64,000 nucleotides of DNA from Octopus vulgaris. Its lineage: Eukaryota. Position numbers and translations under genes: made by a program. Below the pieces are notes generated by a model. It was given only the letters and a program-made list of their open reading frames with translations, ran no database searches and was not told the origin of the DNA. Positions 37,064 through 48,933 of the stretch are shown piece by piece. The DNA lies in assembly GCA_951406725.2 (NCBI GenBank), contig OX597816.1, positions 46,562,001 to 46,626,000 on the forward strand, read 5' to 3'. How positions within the stretch are numbered: the stretch's first letter is position 1; the number at the start of each line of letters is the position of its first letter.

Positions 37064-37540
37064 ATAATAATAATAATAATAATGCTAGTCATAAAGGTGC
37101 AATGTGTGGTAGATACAAGAGCATTTTTCTCTTAATCTAACAGTAGTATTTACATCATTATTCAGTGTTAGAAAGAGCAACCAAATTCCCTGCAAGTCAC
37201 ATCCAACCATCTTATAAAATGATACATTGGACAATGTAGTCTATGGTATACAATGCCTAAAGAGAGTGATAGTCATGATTGGAATACTCTTAATCATAGG
37301 TTTGCTTGTTTAGGGCAGATCCGTGGCTAAACAAAAAAACAAAATTCTTTTTACAGCTCATAATACCACATCATCTCATGTAGGTTATTCTGTCTGCATT
37401 GATGTTTTCTAACATCTCTGTATTAAAACTGACAAAATGCATATTTATCCTTGTCTTAATCTCACCTTTATCTTCCCTTCTCTCTCTCCAAAAATTTTTG
37501 AAAATGAGCTGTTATATCACAATTCTAAGGAAATTTGGTG

Positions 37541-39731
37541 TTAACCCTTTTGAAATGGTTGGCGTAAATTTACGCATGCGGTGTACATACAGTTCTATAT
37601 TTAAGAGATGAGGAATTATGTACATGCTTTCAATCAGTCAACGTAATTCTACATTGCCTGAGTTTGTACGGGTCCCCCTGCCAACTGATAGGCTGATTCT
37701 GCCATTCCAGCTCTGTCAACTTTGTCATCGCATCCTGTTTCATCGAATTTACATTCGTTGTGCCAAGCTACACCAAGCTCCACCACCTCACCAGTTGTTT
37801 CGTCTTGTTTGTACGATGACTTGGAGAGTGAGTATTTTCCTAGTTCAGGATCAGATTATTCCAATAGCAATGATTATATTCTGGTGAATCAATGGTACAG
37901 GTAGGCAGCAGTGAATGGCCCTAGACAACAGAATGTCATGTGGCAAGCAAGAAACAATTTCGTCTGACAGCATGGGTTTACTAATACGCCTGGCATAAAG
38001 GCAAACCTTGAATATGGAAGTTTGCCATTGGAAATCTTCCATGAGTTTTTGACAGATGAAATGTTCCAATTTACAGCAGACGAAATGAATGATTCTGCTG
38101 AAAACTGTCTCCAGTATGTCAGACTCAGGCATGGCAATAATTGGTTTCCAACCACAAGGGACAAAATAAAAGTTCTGCTGGCACTGCTGATACTGAAGAG
38201 CATCATTAGGAAACCAACCCTGACGTCATATTGGAATCTGGATCCAGCCATTTCAACACCTTTCTTTCCAGAAACGATGCCATGTGATCAATTTTTGGTG
38301 CTTTTTCAAAATCTACATTTCAACTCAGATGAGAACCAGGATGACAGGCTGAACAAAATATGTCCTAACGTTCAGAACAGTGTATGTCCCCATACAGGAC
38401 ATTTGTATAGATGAGTTTGTGGAAGTTCAAGGGAAGGCTCTAATTCAAATAATACAACCTGACCAAATATGCCCACTTTGAAGTTGAGATTTATAAAGTA
38501 TGCCAGTCAACTGGCAGAGCCTTTGGGTAAGTGTGGAGTTGTGAAATCTACACTGGTCAGTACAGATTGGATCTTCCAGTGTCTGCTCTAGCATCAACTG
38601 ATATCATGTTGTCACTGAATGAAAACGTGTTTGACAAAGGCTACAATTTCTATATAGAGAACTGGTTTTCCAGTCCAGACCTCTTCCTGTAGCTGTAGGC
38701 AAGGAGGACTAATGCCTGGGGGACGATGAGGATGCACAGGAGAAAACATGCCACCCAATCTTCACAGGATAAAACTTTGAAAGGGGAAAACAGTGTACCA
38801 ATGCACCAATAGTAGCATTCTCGCTCCAGTGTGGCACTGACAAGAAAAACATCTGTATGTTAACCACAATGATTTCTGCAAGCATGAAGGACATTAGGAA
38901 ACAACATGCGGACTGTAATGCCATAATGAAACTGAGTGTAGTTGTTTCCTAGAATGAAGGGATGGGCGGGGTTGATTCCTCAGATCAGCTGACGACAACA
39001 CACAAATTGAGAAAATTTGTGAAATGGTGCAAAAAACTTTCTTCTTGTATATAATTGACATGTGTGTAGTGAACTAATGTTTGATTTAGCAGATGCTTGG
39101 CAGTGTGTGTGGGGGTGTGTGGATTGACTTTCAGGAATCTTATTCCATGAAATGATAGAAGCATCAGACCTGCCAAAGTACAGAAGGTGTGGACGTCCCC
39201 ACGCCAGACTCTCCTTACCACATGGTAAAGGGACATGGACGTCCCCACACCAGACTCTCTCCTCACTGCATGGTTAAGGGACATGGAAATTTTTTATGAT
39301 TGTTACCCACCCACTGCCAAGAAGGCAAATGCTTCAAAGAGAGCACAGTATGTAAAGCAAAAGGGAAAAGTAAGGAAACTAAGCACCATTGTTCACAATG
39401 TAATCTGCCAGTGTGTGGTACCCTGTTTAGAACTCTACAACACTGAAGTTAATTTTTGAATTCATGTGATTGTAAATACATGAAGTTGATCTGACTTGTG
39501 CTGTCAAGTGATCTTATTCAGGAATAAAACCGCATGAGCGTCCTGCACAGGGATATAGTTTAGCTAAATAAACAGTACTTGCACTAAAGCAGTTGACGTA
39601 AATTTATGCCAAATGTTATCTCACACTGAGTGCTGACCTCAATCAGTGTGATTACTGTTGCCGTGTGCAAACAACCAAATCACTGCCATAAACTGGTTAA
39701 AACAGTTAATGTAAATTTATACCAAACCATT
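37541..39731 (+). mobile_element. piggyBac-superfamily transposon fossil (~2.2 kb)
   Basis: The left end is TTAA-CCCTTTTGAAATGGTTGGCGTAAATTTACG. Degenerate inverted copies of it lie at ~39597 (CGTAAATTTATGCCAA) and ~39711 (GTAAATTTATACCAAACCATT). It encloses a transposase pseudogene; the right terminus is not clean. Confidence 0.8.
37722..39459 (+). pseudogene. piggyBac transposase pseudogene (PGBD4-like)
   Basis: PLEIFHEFLTDEM...W.PTT..IKVLLALLIL..IIRKPTL.SYW...TPFF.ETM...LHF...DRLNKI. Catalytic-site contexts are ICIDE/LWKFKGRL (~38401), YNFYIENWFSS (~38642, D to E) and MGGVDSSDQL (~38962). A decayed Cys-rich C-terminus follows, with many stops and frameshifts throughout. Confidence 0.9.
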
Positions 39732-40111
39732 GTCGTGCACTAATTGCTGATCTTAGCCAAGATGATTGCCATCAATGCAACATAGTTGCTTGATTAAAAA
39801 AAAAAAAACTGTTGTCATGGTGTTAAACAACATCTTGGTTAAGATAAAAATTCTTTAACCTTTCTTGTGGTATTTGATAGATTCAGCTCTACCAGATCTT
39901 TCAAAGATACCTTTATAATTAGTTTAACCCTTTTGATACCAACCTACCTGAGACTGCTCCTGGTTCCATGATATAAAATCCCTGTTTTGAAGTGATCTCA
40001 ATTAAAGCTGTCCATCAGAATTTCATGTTTATTTATGTTCCAAACAACCAGCTTAATAATGTTAGATATTACTAAATTCTTCATTATTTTCAAAATTAAA
40101 TTAAAACAATA

Positions 40112-40260
40112 TTGGCGTTAGGAAGGGCATCCAGCCATAGAAGCATTGCCAGATCAGACTGGGCCTGGTGCAGCCTTCTGGCTTCCCAGACCCCAGTTGA
40201 ACCGTCCAACCCATGCCAGCATGGAAAGCGGACACTAAACGATGATGATGATGATGATGA
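40112..40260 (+). mobile_element. RTE LINE terminal 3'UTR fragment
   Basis: TTGGCGTTAGGAAGGGCATCCAG...GGAAAGCGGACACTAAAC(GAT)n. Confidence 0.85.
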
Positions 40261-41151
40261 GTAGCAGTATATTTCCTTAGAAACATAACAAAAGGTTAAT
40301 ATTTTATGGAAGAGAGAAAAAAGAGATTAATAAAGATACATGAGGAATTTTATGTAGGGATACCCTGGGATATGGAATGTATTGCCAGGTTTCTGCGAGA
40401 GTAAAATGGTTTGCAAATGCTGCTGTAGAGTCTTTTGCCTTTTAACATTTAAACTGGCTGTATATTCAGTCTGTTTTATGATTAATCCACACCTACCAAT
40501 GTCATTCTTAAAATAAACAATTACATTATCAAAATCTTGAAGCCTCAAGATAATGCATGATTAATTTAAAACAGTGTAAATAAATAAGCATTACATTTGA
40601 CCCAGTAACGGGTTGAAATAAAGACCCTTGGATAATATAGTCCTGGATATACAAGAAACTAAGGATAAACATCAACAATAACAACTTAAACGGCAGTTGG
40701 GAGGCCAAGTCAGCCATGAAATTGTTTCTGGCACTGCACTGTCTATATGACCGACATATTTTTCTCTCACAACCTTCTCTGCCCCAGTGTACCTAGCTGT
40801 AAATAAGTACCATAGGAGTGTACAGTTCTCTACAGAAAATATCTGGAGCACTGTACACAATGCTCCAACTGTCTTGTTTTGTTTGTTGTAATGAGTTCAA
40901 AGTGAAGTTAGTATAAATGAGCAATACAATGACAAAACTTATGAATTTTGTATGAATGCAAGTGTTGTTCTTTTGTAAATTGATTTATTAGCTAATTGGA
41001 TAGTGTTGCCTAACAACGATGTCATAATCAGTGCAGCAAAGTCATTCTTTGTGATGTAGTCTGAAACAAACATTTTGTTACTGTTGTTGCTGTGGTTATT
41101 GTTTTCATCATGTAACATTTTGGCAGTCATATCTTTGATGCATATAATGAT

Positions 41152-41677
41152 TTAACCCTCTCGTTACCAACCCAGCTGAAACCGGCTCTGGCTCTGAGTA
41201 CAAATGTCTTGTTTCATAAGTTTTGAATTAAAATCTTCCACCAAACCTTAGTCACAATTTATGTTCCTAACACTAGCGGGGAGGCACATGGCCTAGTGGT
41301 TAGAGCAGCGGACTCGTAGTCGAGGGATTGCAGGTTTAAATCTCAGACCAGACGATGTGTGTGTTTATGAGCGAAATACCTAAGCTCCACGTGGCTCCGG
41401 CGAAACTTCTGCTGACTCTTCCGCCACAACTTTCTCTCACTCTTTCCTCCTGCATCTTGCAGCTTACCTGCGACAGACCGGCGTCCTGTCCAGGTGGGGA
41501 ACCTATATGCCAAGAAACCAGGAAACCGGCCCTTATGAGCCAGGCATGGCTCGAGAAGGAACAAACAAACACTAGCGGAATGATAAATAAGTTATTTTAC
41601 TAAACTCTTTGCTATATTTAAAGTAATTGTAAGAAACACAGAGTATCTCAAAATAAATACAGTAACGAAAGGGTTAA
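41152..41677. mobile_element. piggyBac-type MITE family 1 with a nested family D SINE
   Basis: TTAA-CCCTCTCGTTAC ... GTAACGAAAGGG-TTAA. Removing the SINE and one TSD restores the 16611-16838 element. Confidence 0.9.
41280..41567 (+). mobile_element. tRNA-derived SINE family D
   Basis: GGAGGCACATGGCCTAGTGGTTAGAGC head and (AAAC)n tail. An 11-bp TSD AACACTAGCGG is at 41269-41279 and 41568-41578. Confidence 0.92.
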
Positions 41678-43356
41678 AATATGAATCTTGATCATGATGC
41701 ATTGATACAGAAGCATTTTTTAAAATAAAATTCAGATCATGGCCACAGCTCATGAGCTGAAACTAGAATCAATCAATCAATCAATCAATCAATAATGCAA
41801 ATTACCATAAAAAGTAAAAACCTAAAACACTTTTTTTTTATAATATGCAGATTCTTTTGCAGCAGGTGTCCATCACAATCATAAACTGCATATTACTGAA
41901 CCATTATCTAACATGTTTAGCATAACTTTCAAAGAAGTAAAACACCTGGTGTGTATTCATTTACAAAAGTCACACTAATTCACAGAAACTAGTCAGATTC
42001 AGTTAAAAATTACCATTTGTTGTGTTCATGTTGTAAAAGTAATGGAATCTTTTACACAAAAGAAATTAGTGGAATATTTGCATCAGAATAAATTAGTTCC
42101 CAAATTTCATTATGAACAAAAGGTATATAGCATCACAACTTTTATTATGGGTCTACTGAATAGACTTTTGTTGATCAGAATTCCAGTTATGAGTTACTTA
42201 TTTAGATATAAACAAAAAGCTTTCATGGCATATCTCATTCAAAATTACTAAAAAATAAAGAAGAAAAGTAGAAGAAATTTAAATTGTTTGGAATTAGAAA
42301 CAAAATTTTATGACAGTTTAAAAACAATAGGAAAATAATAAACATTGTTTATATTACAAAATTAGTTTCTGTAATTGAGTTTGTCATTTTTAGAGTACCG
42401 CAGGATAGCCATCTTTGGCCAATAGCTTTTTCCAATTTATATAAATGAGTTGCACACGGTAATTTGGTTTTCTAGCATTTTAAACCAGCCATATCCGACC
42501 CAAATAATCGACCTGTTTTATGATCAAACTGGCCATATCTGACTCAAATATTCTGTTTTATGTTCCTACTGGTCAGAGCCAGTTTCTCACCCCTGTCCTT
42601 CATTGTCATTCTGAAAATAAACAATTACACCATAAAAATCTCAAAGCTTCAAGATAATGTGTGATTGATTCAAAACAATGTAATTGAATAAGCATTACAT
42701 TTGACAGAATAATCTGAATGGTGAAGGATTAAAGTTGTATATGTAAATACACAGTTCTTATGGGTTTAAACAGTGCAGTTGTTTTGGTTATTCAAAAATG
42801 TTAGGTTTTTACACTTTGCTTTTAAAAATCTTGAATGTCAAATAGTTCTTTGTATATAGCTAAAATTCCCAAGGTTTTTAACATCTCTGATCTGGGAATT
42901 ATTGTAAGTAATGATTTGAAATTTTCATGACATTGTTCTAAAGTCAACTCCAAATGTTACGTGTGATGTTTAAGATTTTTCAGTCACAAGAGAAATTGTA
43001 TAAAATTTATGTCCATCCTCAATTTGAATATGCCACAAGGATCTGGAGTCCTTATTTGTTAAAAGATGTTGACTGTGTTAAGCTAGTGTAATAAAAGCAT
43101 CCAACCACAGAAACCAGACCAAAACAGCTGAGTGGAGCCTGGTATATCTCCAGTTTCCAGTCCCAGAGAAAACATCTAACCCATGCCAGCATAGAAAAAG
43201 GTCATGACAGGATGATGATGATGATCAATTAAGTATGTTAAAACCTAAGTCTTCAAGAGAAACAAAAATAAGCAGCAGCCTAATTTTGGTTTTAAAAATG
43301 TCAATCTAGTGGAAGATTCTTGCAAGTTTTTCGAAACTATGCTAAGAATCAAGATG

Positions 43357-43562
43357 TCATCATCATCGTTTAACATCCGTTTTCCATGCTAGCATGTGTT
43401 GCACGGTTCGACCGGGGTCTGGGTAGCCAGGAGGCTACGCCAGGCTCCAGTCTGATCTGGCAGTGTTTATACAGCTGGATGCCCTTCCTAATGCCAACCA
43501 CTCCATGAGTGTAGTGGGTGCTTTTTATGTGCCACCATCACAGGGGCCAGAGGAGGCTGGCA
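43357..43562 (-). mobile_element. RTE LINE 3'UTR fragment
   Basis: (CAT)n tail and GCTGGATGCCCTTCCTAATGCCAACCACTCC. Confidence 0.85.
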
Positions 43563-43869
43563 AAAAACAAAAATAGATTTTTATTCAATGTCCCTAATTA
43601 GATTCACACTAATGAAAAATACTCTCCATAGTCTATTATATTTCATTAGATCAAGAGAGCCAATGAAAAAAAAATTGATATGTGTGAGAATAACATATAA
43701 GCATCAATGATCTTGTAGTTGTTTGTTGAAATACTTCATGTTTGTTGATGTTGCTGTGGATGTTTATTATTAGATACCAATGAGTTGGTCAGTTTATTTG
43801 ATTTAGGCCTACAAGCCTAAACCCTATGGTTAGTTAGATAGCAATACAACTTCTTGGTTGTGTATTATG

Positions 43870-44200
43870 GATGTAGGTGTGGCAAAGTTTGCTTCCCAAA
43901 GACATGGTTCTGAATTTAGTTCCACTGCATAGTACCTCGGGCAAGTATCTTCTATAGCTTTGGTTCAATCAAAGCCTTGTAGGTAGATTCGGTAGACGGA
44001 AACTGAAAGAAGCCTGTTGTGTGTGTGTGACCCCCATTCCTTGACAACCAGTGTTGGTTTGTTTAAATCCCCATAACTTAGTTATTCAGCAAAAGAGATT
44101 GATAGAATAAGTACCAGATTTAAGAAAATCAGTACTGGTTCAATTTATTTGACTAAAACCCTTCAAGGAAGTGCCCCAGCATGGTCACAGTCCAAAATGA
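43870..44200 (+). mobile_element. SINE family A, degenerate
   Basis: ACCTCGGGCAAGTATCTTCTA...GGAAACTGAAAGAAGCC...CCCCAGCATGGTCACAGTC. Confidence 0.8.
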
Positions 44201-45162
44201 GAGGATGGTCAAAGCTGGAATGTCTTTGATCAGATCTGCTCTCTCACTAAACAACAGCACTAATTGGATAAAAGTCAGTTAAAGAACCACTCTGAGAAAC
44301 CTATGAGAAAAAACAGCCAGATCAATACTTCTTTCTCATACGGTGGTTATAAATACACCTAAAAAGATGGGATAGTAACATCTGGAATAATTGCTAAATT
44401 CTGAACTGACCTGAGGTCAAACAAGAATAACAATTGTTGGCATATGTTTAGATGTTAACATATAACCCCTTAATCCCTAGAGTGCTTTAAAGAATAATGT
44501 ATTACTTACACCTTTTACTAAACAACAACAAAAAATTTGGTTGCATTATAAGTAGATACCTTCATAAATAATTAGTGACTAGTGTAAACTAAAGATTGTA
44601 AAGTTGTTTTTGGAATTACAAAAAACTCATCCACGTTGTTATGTTTAATGTCCCATTTGGTTAAATTCCACCTTAAGTATGCTTACTCACTTGTACTGAT
44701 ATAAATTTATTTTCCATCCAACTAGAAAGATATCATTTGTTTTGTTTCATTCCTATTTTTCCACATTAACATGGGTTGGATAAGTACTTATATTGGATAT
44801 TATTTTACACTTGCAAACCCTTCTTGTCGTTAACCCATGCCTGTGCTTCAAGCTAGGGAATTTTTTTTTTTATTCCATATGTTTCAAAAGTATAGACCTA
44901 TTAGAGAATTTAGATAGAATTGTCAACATAAAGTCAGCATTTTTGCTTAAATGGTTTCATGCAAAGAAGCAGAATATAAACATCCCCGCCTCACACCACA
45001 CACATTACAGTTTCGATTTGCCATTTCCACTCAGAGGGCATTGGTCAACCTGAGGACATGCAGTAGAACTGAACTGGAAACCACAAAGAAGAAAAGAGAA
45101 CTCCAAATCCACACATCCATGTATCTATCTATCTATCTGTATGTATGTGTATATGCATACAT

Positions 45163-45304
45163 ATCATCATCATCATTTTAGCGTCCGCTTTCCATGCTAG
45201 CATGGGTTGGACGGTTCAACTGGGGTCTGTGAAGCCGGAAGGCCGCATCAGGCCCAGTCTGATCTGGCAGTGTTTCTACGGCTGGATGCCCTTCCTAACG
45301 CCAA
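45163..45304 (-). mobile_element. RTE LINE terminal 3'UTR fragment
   Basis: Reverse-complement homolog of 40112-40260. Confidence 0.85.
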
Positions 45305-46259
45305 TATATATATTCTTGGCTTTAAGGTTTTTGTGAAAGACCTGGTTGATAGCTCAACCTTCCAAGTTCTTTTACAAGGATTAGAAAAACTGAAGGAGTG
45401 CTGCAATAAGTGTTAACCTGAGAGGAGAATATGTTGAATAAAATCATAATTACCTGATCTTCTTTGTATTTTTTTAATATATTTTAAGTCAGGAACTTCA
45501 GCACCCCATCATGTATGTGTGTATATATATATATTTATATTTACATATATTTACACACATGCACACACACACATACAAGTGCCATATTTTTCTGTTTAGT
45601 CTGATGTTAAAATTTGTTTTAATATTTGTTTGTGTGTCATGGGGGCCCTCATTTTGTTTATCTCTTCATTTACAAAAATCTCTAATCTAGACTCTCTCAC
45701 TATGTAGGTGTCTGTCTGCATTTTGCTATCTTTAGTAGATAACATTCTCATACACATTCATGTCTTATCTTGCTTGGTTGTATCAATAAGACATTTTATT
45801 CCCAAAGTAAAAGAAACAAGGTTAATCTCAGCTTATTATAATAGATGTGTTTTGGATAGATATAGTTTAGATACAGTAGAAATATTTTATTACTTTCATT
45901 GGTTTATTTTTAACATTTTTGGCGGAGACTTCATCTCTTATGCCTACAGTTCTTATAAAACATATACACAAATTAATCTTCTTTTGTTTAAGATAAAACT
46001 TTCAGATTTGAATTCAAATAGATTGTTTGCAATAAAATGAATGTGTATTATATATATTTGTGTGTGTGTGTGTGTGTGTGTGTATCATTGTTCATTTATT
46101 TAATATCAGTTTTATGATTCTAGCATGACTTGGTTGGGTAATTGATTTTGAGGTAGATTTTATGGCTGAATGTTCTTCTTGTTACCAACCCTCACCTGAT
46201 TTTTCAGGTAAAGGACATCCGTTATTTCACAAGTCTTTGAAAGTGCACAGTCATTATTG

Positions 46260-46475
46260 AAGGTAGCCAGCTGGCAGAATTGTTAACATGTTGGGTAAAG
46301 TGTTTAGCGGTACTTCTTGTACTTTACATTCTGAGTTTAAATTCCATCCAGATCAGCCTTGCTTTTTATCCTTTGGAGTCAATAAAATAAGTACCAGTTG
46401 ACCAATGTGGTTGATGTAATTGACTAGCCCTGCTCTCGAAATTTCAGGCCTTTTGCCTATAGTAGAAAGGATTAT
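46260..46475 (+). mobile_element. SINE family B, degenerate
   Basis: CAGCTGGCAGAATTGTTAAC...AAAATAAGTACCAG...(ATT)n. Confidence 0.75.
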
Positions 46476-46931
46476 TATTAACATAATAAAACTACTTCCT
46501 GGTAATTTAATTAGCAAGGATGTTATGCTGCGGTTTAGTGACAAGGGTCCTCAAATCTCAAGAATCTTTCTTTGGATTCTTACAGAGATTATCTAGAATT
46601 AACTATTTTTTTTTATTGCTAGTTCTTTGATGAATAGCAATTGTCAGGTTGTTCTTCAGCTGAGAGATATTTTCAATACTTGGAAATATCTTTCAGTTGA
46701 TACATCTGATGATATTATCCAGCAAGAAACTTGAAATACTAGAAAAGAAATGGGCTTTAACTGTAATAATATTTACTTCAGGCATTGAGCATGTATTTTT
46801 CTAACTACTGTTGTGATGCTACACAGACAGACAGAAAGAACATGAAGTTATTTGTTCCTTTTTGTTTTGTTTTAGGCCAAACCTGTGAATATCCTTTTTT
46901 ATACACATAGATATAGCAGTGTGGTTTAGAG

Positions 46932-47180
46932 CAGTAACCCCCAACCTTTTTTGCACCATAGACCAAAGTATCATGCACGTTAACGAAATACACAGTGTGT
47001 AGTATGTGATTCAATTACTACAGATAAATTACATATATAATGCAAAAACACTCTGCAGACTGGGATTGTCAATAAAATAGAAATAAAAATTTAAAACTTA
47101 TTTTTTCTGTAAGGGCTCTATACCAAATGGTCCATGACCCAGTACCAAATGATCCATGGCCTGGTAGTTAGGGTTGCTTG
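46932..47180. mobile_element. hAT-like MITE
   Basis: CAGTAACCCCCAACC ... GTTAGGGTTGCTTG degenerate TIRs. Homologous to 30450-30670. Confidence 0.65.
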
Positions 47181-47197
47181 GTTTAATTTGCAACCAC

Positions 47198-47768
47198 CTC
47201 ACCATGGAAATGACTAGAGACCGAGACCTATGGAAGTATGCTGTGCGTGAGAAGACCCGGCAAGACTAGTGAAGCCATAACCCGTGGCCCCTACCTGGGA
47301 CGTAGTCAGTCCACCTGTGCATACCTTCCTTCTTGTGACACTTGTGAAGACCTGTTGAGACAAGGGAAAATCAAATCAATCAAATCAAATCAAATCAAAT
47401 CAAACCAAATCAAAATAGATGAACATCAATGGAATTTGTATCCTTGTGGTACCAGTGCCGGTGGCACATAAGAAAACCATCCGAGCGTGACCGTAGCCAG
47501 TACCGCATTGACTGGCCTCCGTGCTGAGGGCACGTAACAAACACCATCCGAGCGTGGCCGTCTGCCAGCCTCGCCTGGCACCTGTGTCGGTGGCACATAA
47601 AATCACCCACTACACTCTCGGAGTGGTTGGCATTAGGAAGGGCATCCAGCTGTAAAAACACTGCCAGATCTGACTGGCCTGGTGCAGCCTTCGAGCTTGC
47701 CAGCCCTGGTCAAACCGTCCAACCCATGCTAGCATGGAAAGCGGACACTAAACGATGATGATGATGAT
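47198..47768 (+). mobile_element. RTE LINE 3' end: last codons of the ORF, full 3'UTR and (GAT)n tail
   Basis: LTMEMTRDRDLWKYAVREKTRQD* carries the RTE-type DR..W terminus. It is followed by a ~500-bp UTR with (AAATC)n, ~60-bp subrepeats, AGGAAGGGCATCCAG and (GAT)n. Confidence 0.8.
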
Positions 47769-48705
47769 TGATTTGAGCTTAACCCCACTGAATAACACTT
47801 TGCCCAAGTGCCTTCTATCTTTGCTTGATGTCGGCCAATACCTTGTGAGTGGAATATGGAAGCCGGTCATATGTATTTGCTGATATCTTTGGAAAAGGAT
47901 ATAAATACCAGCAAGAAGCATAAAAAGGTGATGCCTGTTACTCTAGCCATTGGTGCATTGGAATCCTGTAACCAATGCCACTAACATTCACAAATTATGG
48001 TAAATGAATAAATAAAATGTTTATATACATTTTGGTAACTCGATGAGCTCTCTTACACCCACTACTCATCTAAAATGTGAGAATATTAAATAATTGTATG
48101 AAATGCCACACAGCATGGTTACTCGACTGTTGGTTCAGTATGTACTTACAGGTTTAGTATATTTAGTGTTTATAACTATTAATATCTTTAAAACATTTTT
48201 TTAGTGTTGGTGCAAAGTATTACATTGCAGCAATGTTATAGACAATAGCCTGTTCACATACTCAGCTATGAAGTCGAAAATAGAGCCAACTTCTGGTTAG
48301 GTTCATAGCAGGAAGTATTTTGTAAGATGTTTCAACTGAAGAAATGGACATATACATAAATGTACACAAGCACATTAAATATTTATAATAGGTGTGGTTG
48401 AGTAGTTTTCCTTGCAATTTGCAAACACCTGGTTTTGCATTCAGTGCTCCTGTGCATTACATTGGGCAAGTATTTTCTGCCAGAAGCCCAGGGCAACCAA
48501 TGCCTTGTAAGTGAATTTGGTAGATGTAAACTGTACACTGCCTGGTATGTGTGGGCATGTGTTTGGGTAGATGCATATATGTGTGTGCATGCTCACATGT
48601 GCTGACTCGTGTACATGTGTGTTTGTGTGAATGTTTACATTCTGTGTTTCTTCAAAAAAATCTCTGAACTGTGGGCAATCATGATGCTGGTATTTTGTTG
48701 CCAAA

Positions 48706-48933
48706 GGCGAGCTGGCAGAAATGTTAGCGCGCCGGGCAAAATGCTTAGCGGTATTTCGTCTGTCGTTACGTTCTGAGTTCAAATTCTGCCAAGGTCAACT
48801 TTGCCTTTCATCCTTTCAGAGTCGATAAATAAAGTACCAATTTCGCACTGGGGTCGATGTAATCAACTTAATCCCTTTGTCTGTCCTTGTTTGTCCCCTC
48901 TGTGTTTATCCCCTTGTGGGTAGTAAAGAAATA
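48706..48933 (+). mobile_element. SINE family B with TSD
   Basis: GGCGAGCTGGCAGAAATGTTAGC head. A 17-bp flanking repeat GGTATTT(T/C)GTTGCCAAA is at 48689-48705 and 48934-48950. Confidence 0.9.

Noticed and set aside
38022-38414. Domesticated PGBD gene
   Set aside because: The surrounding transposase has many stops and frameshifts, and the second catalytic Asp position reads Glu.
47928-47965. VMPVTLAIGALE resembling an R4/Dong endonuclease end
   Set aside because: Too short, with no flanking support.
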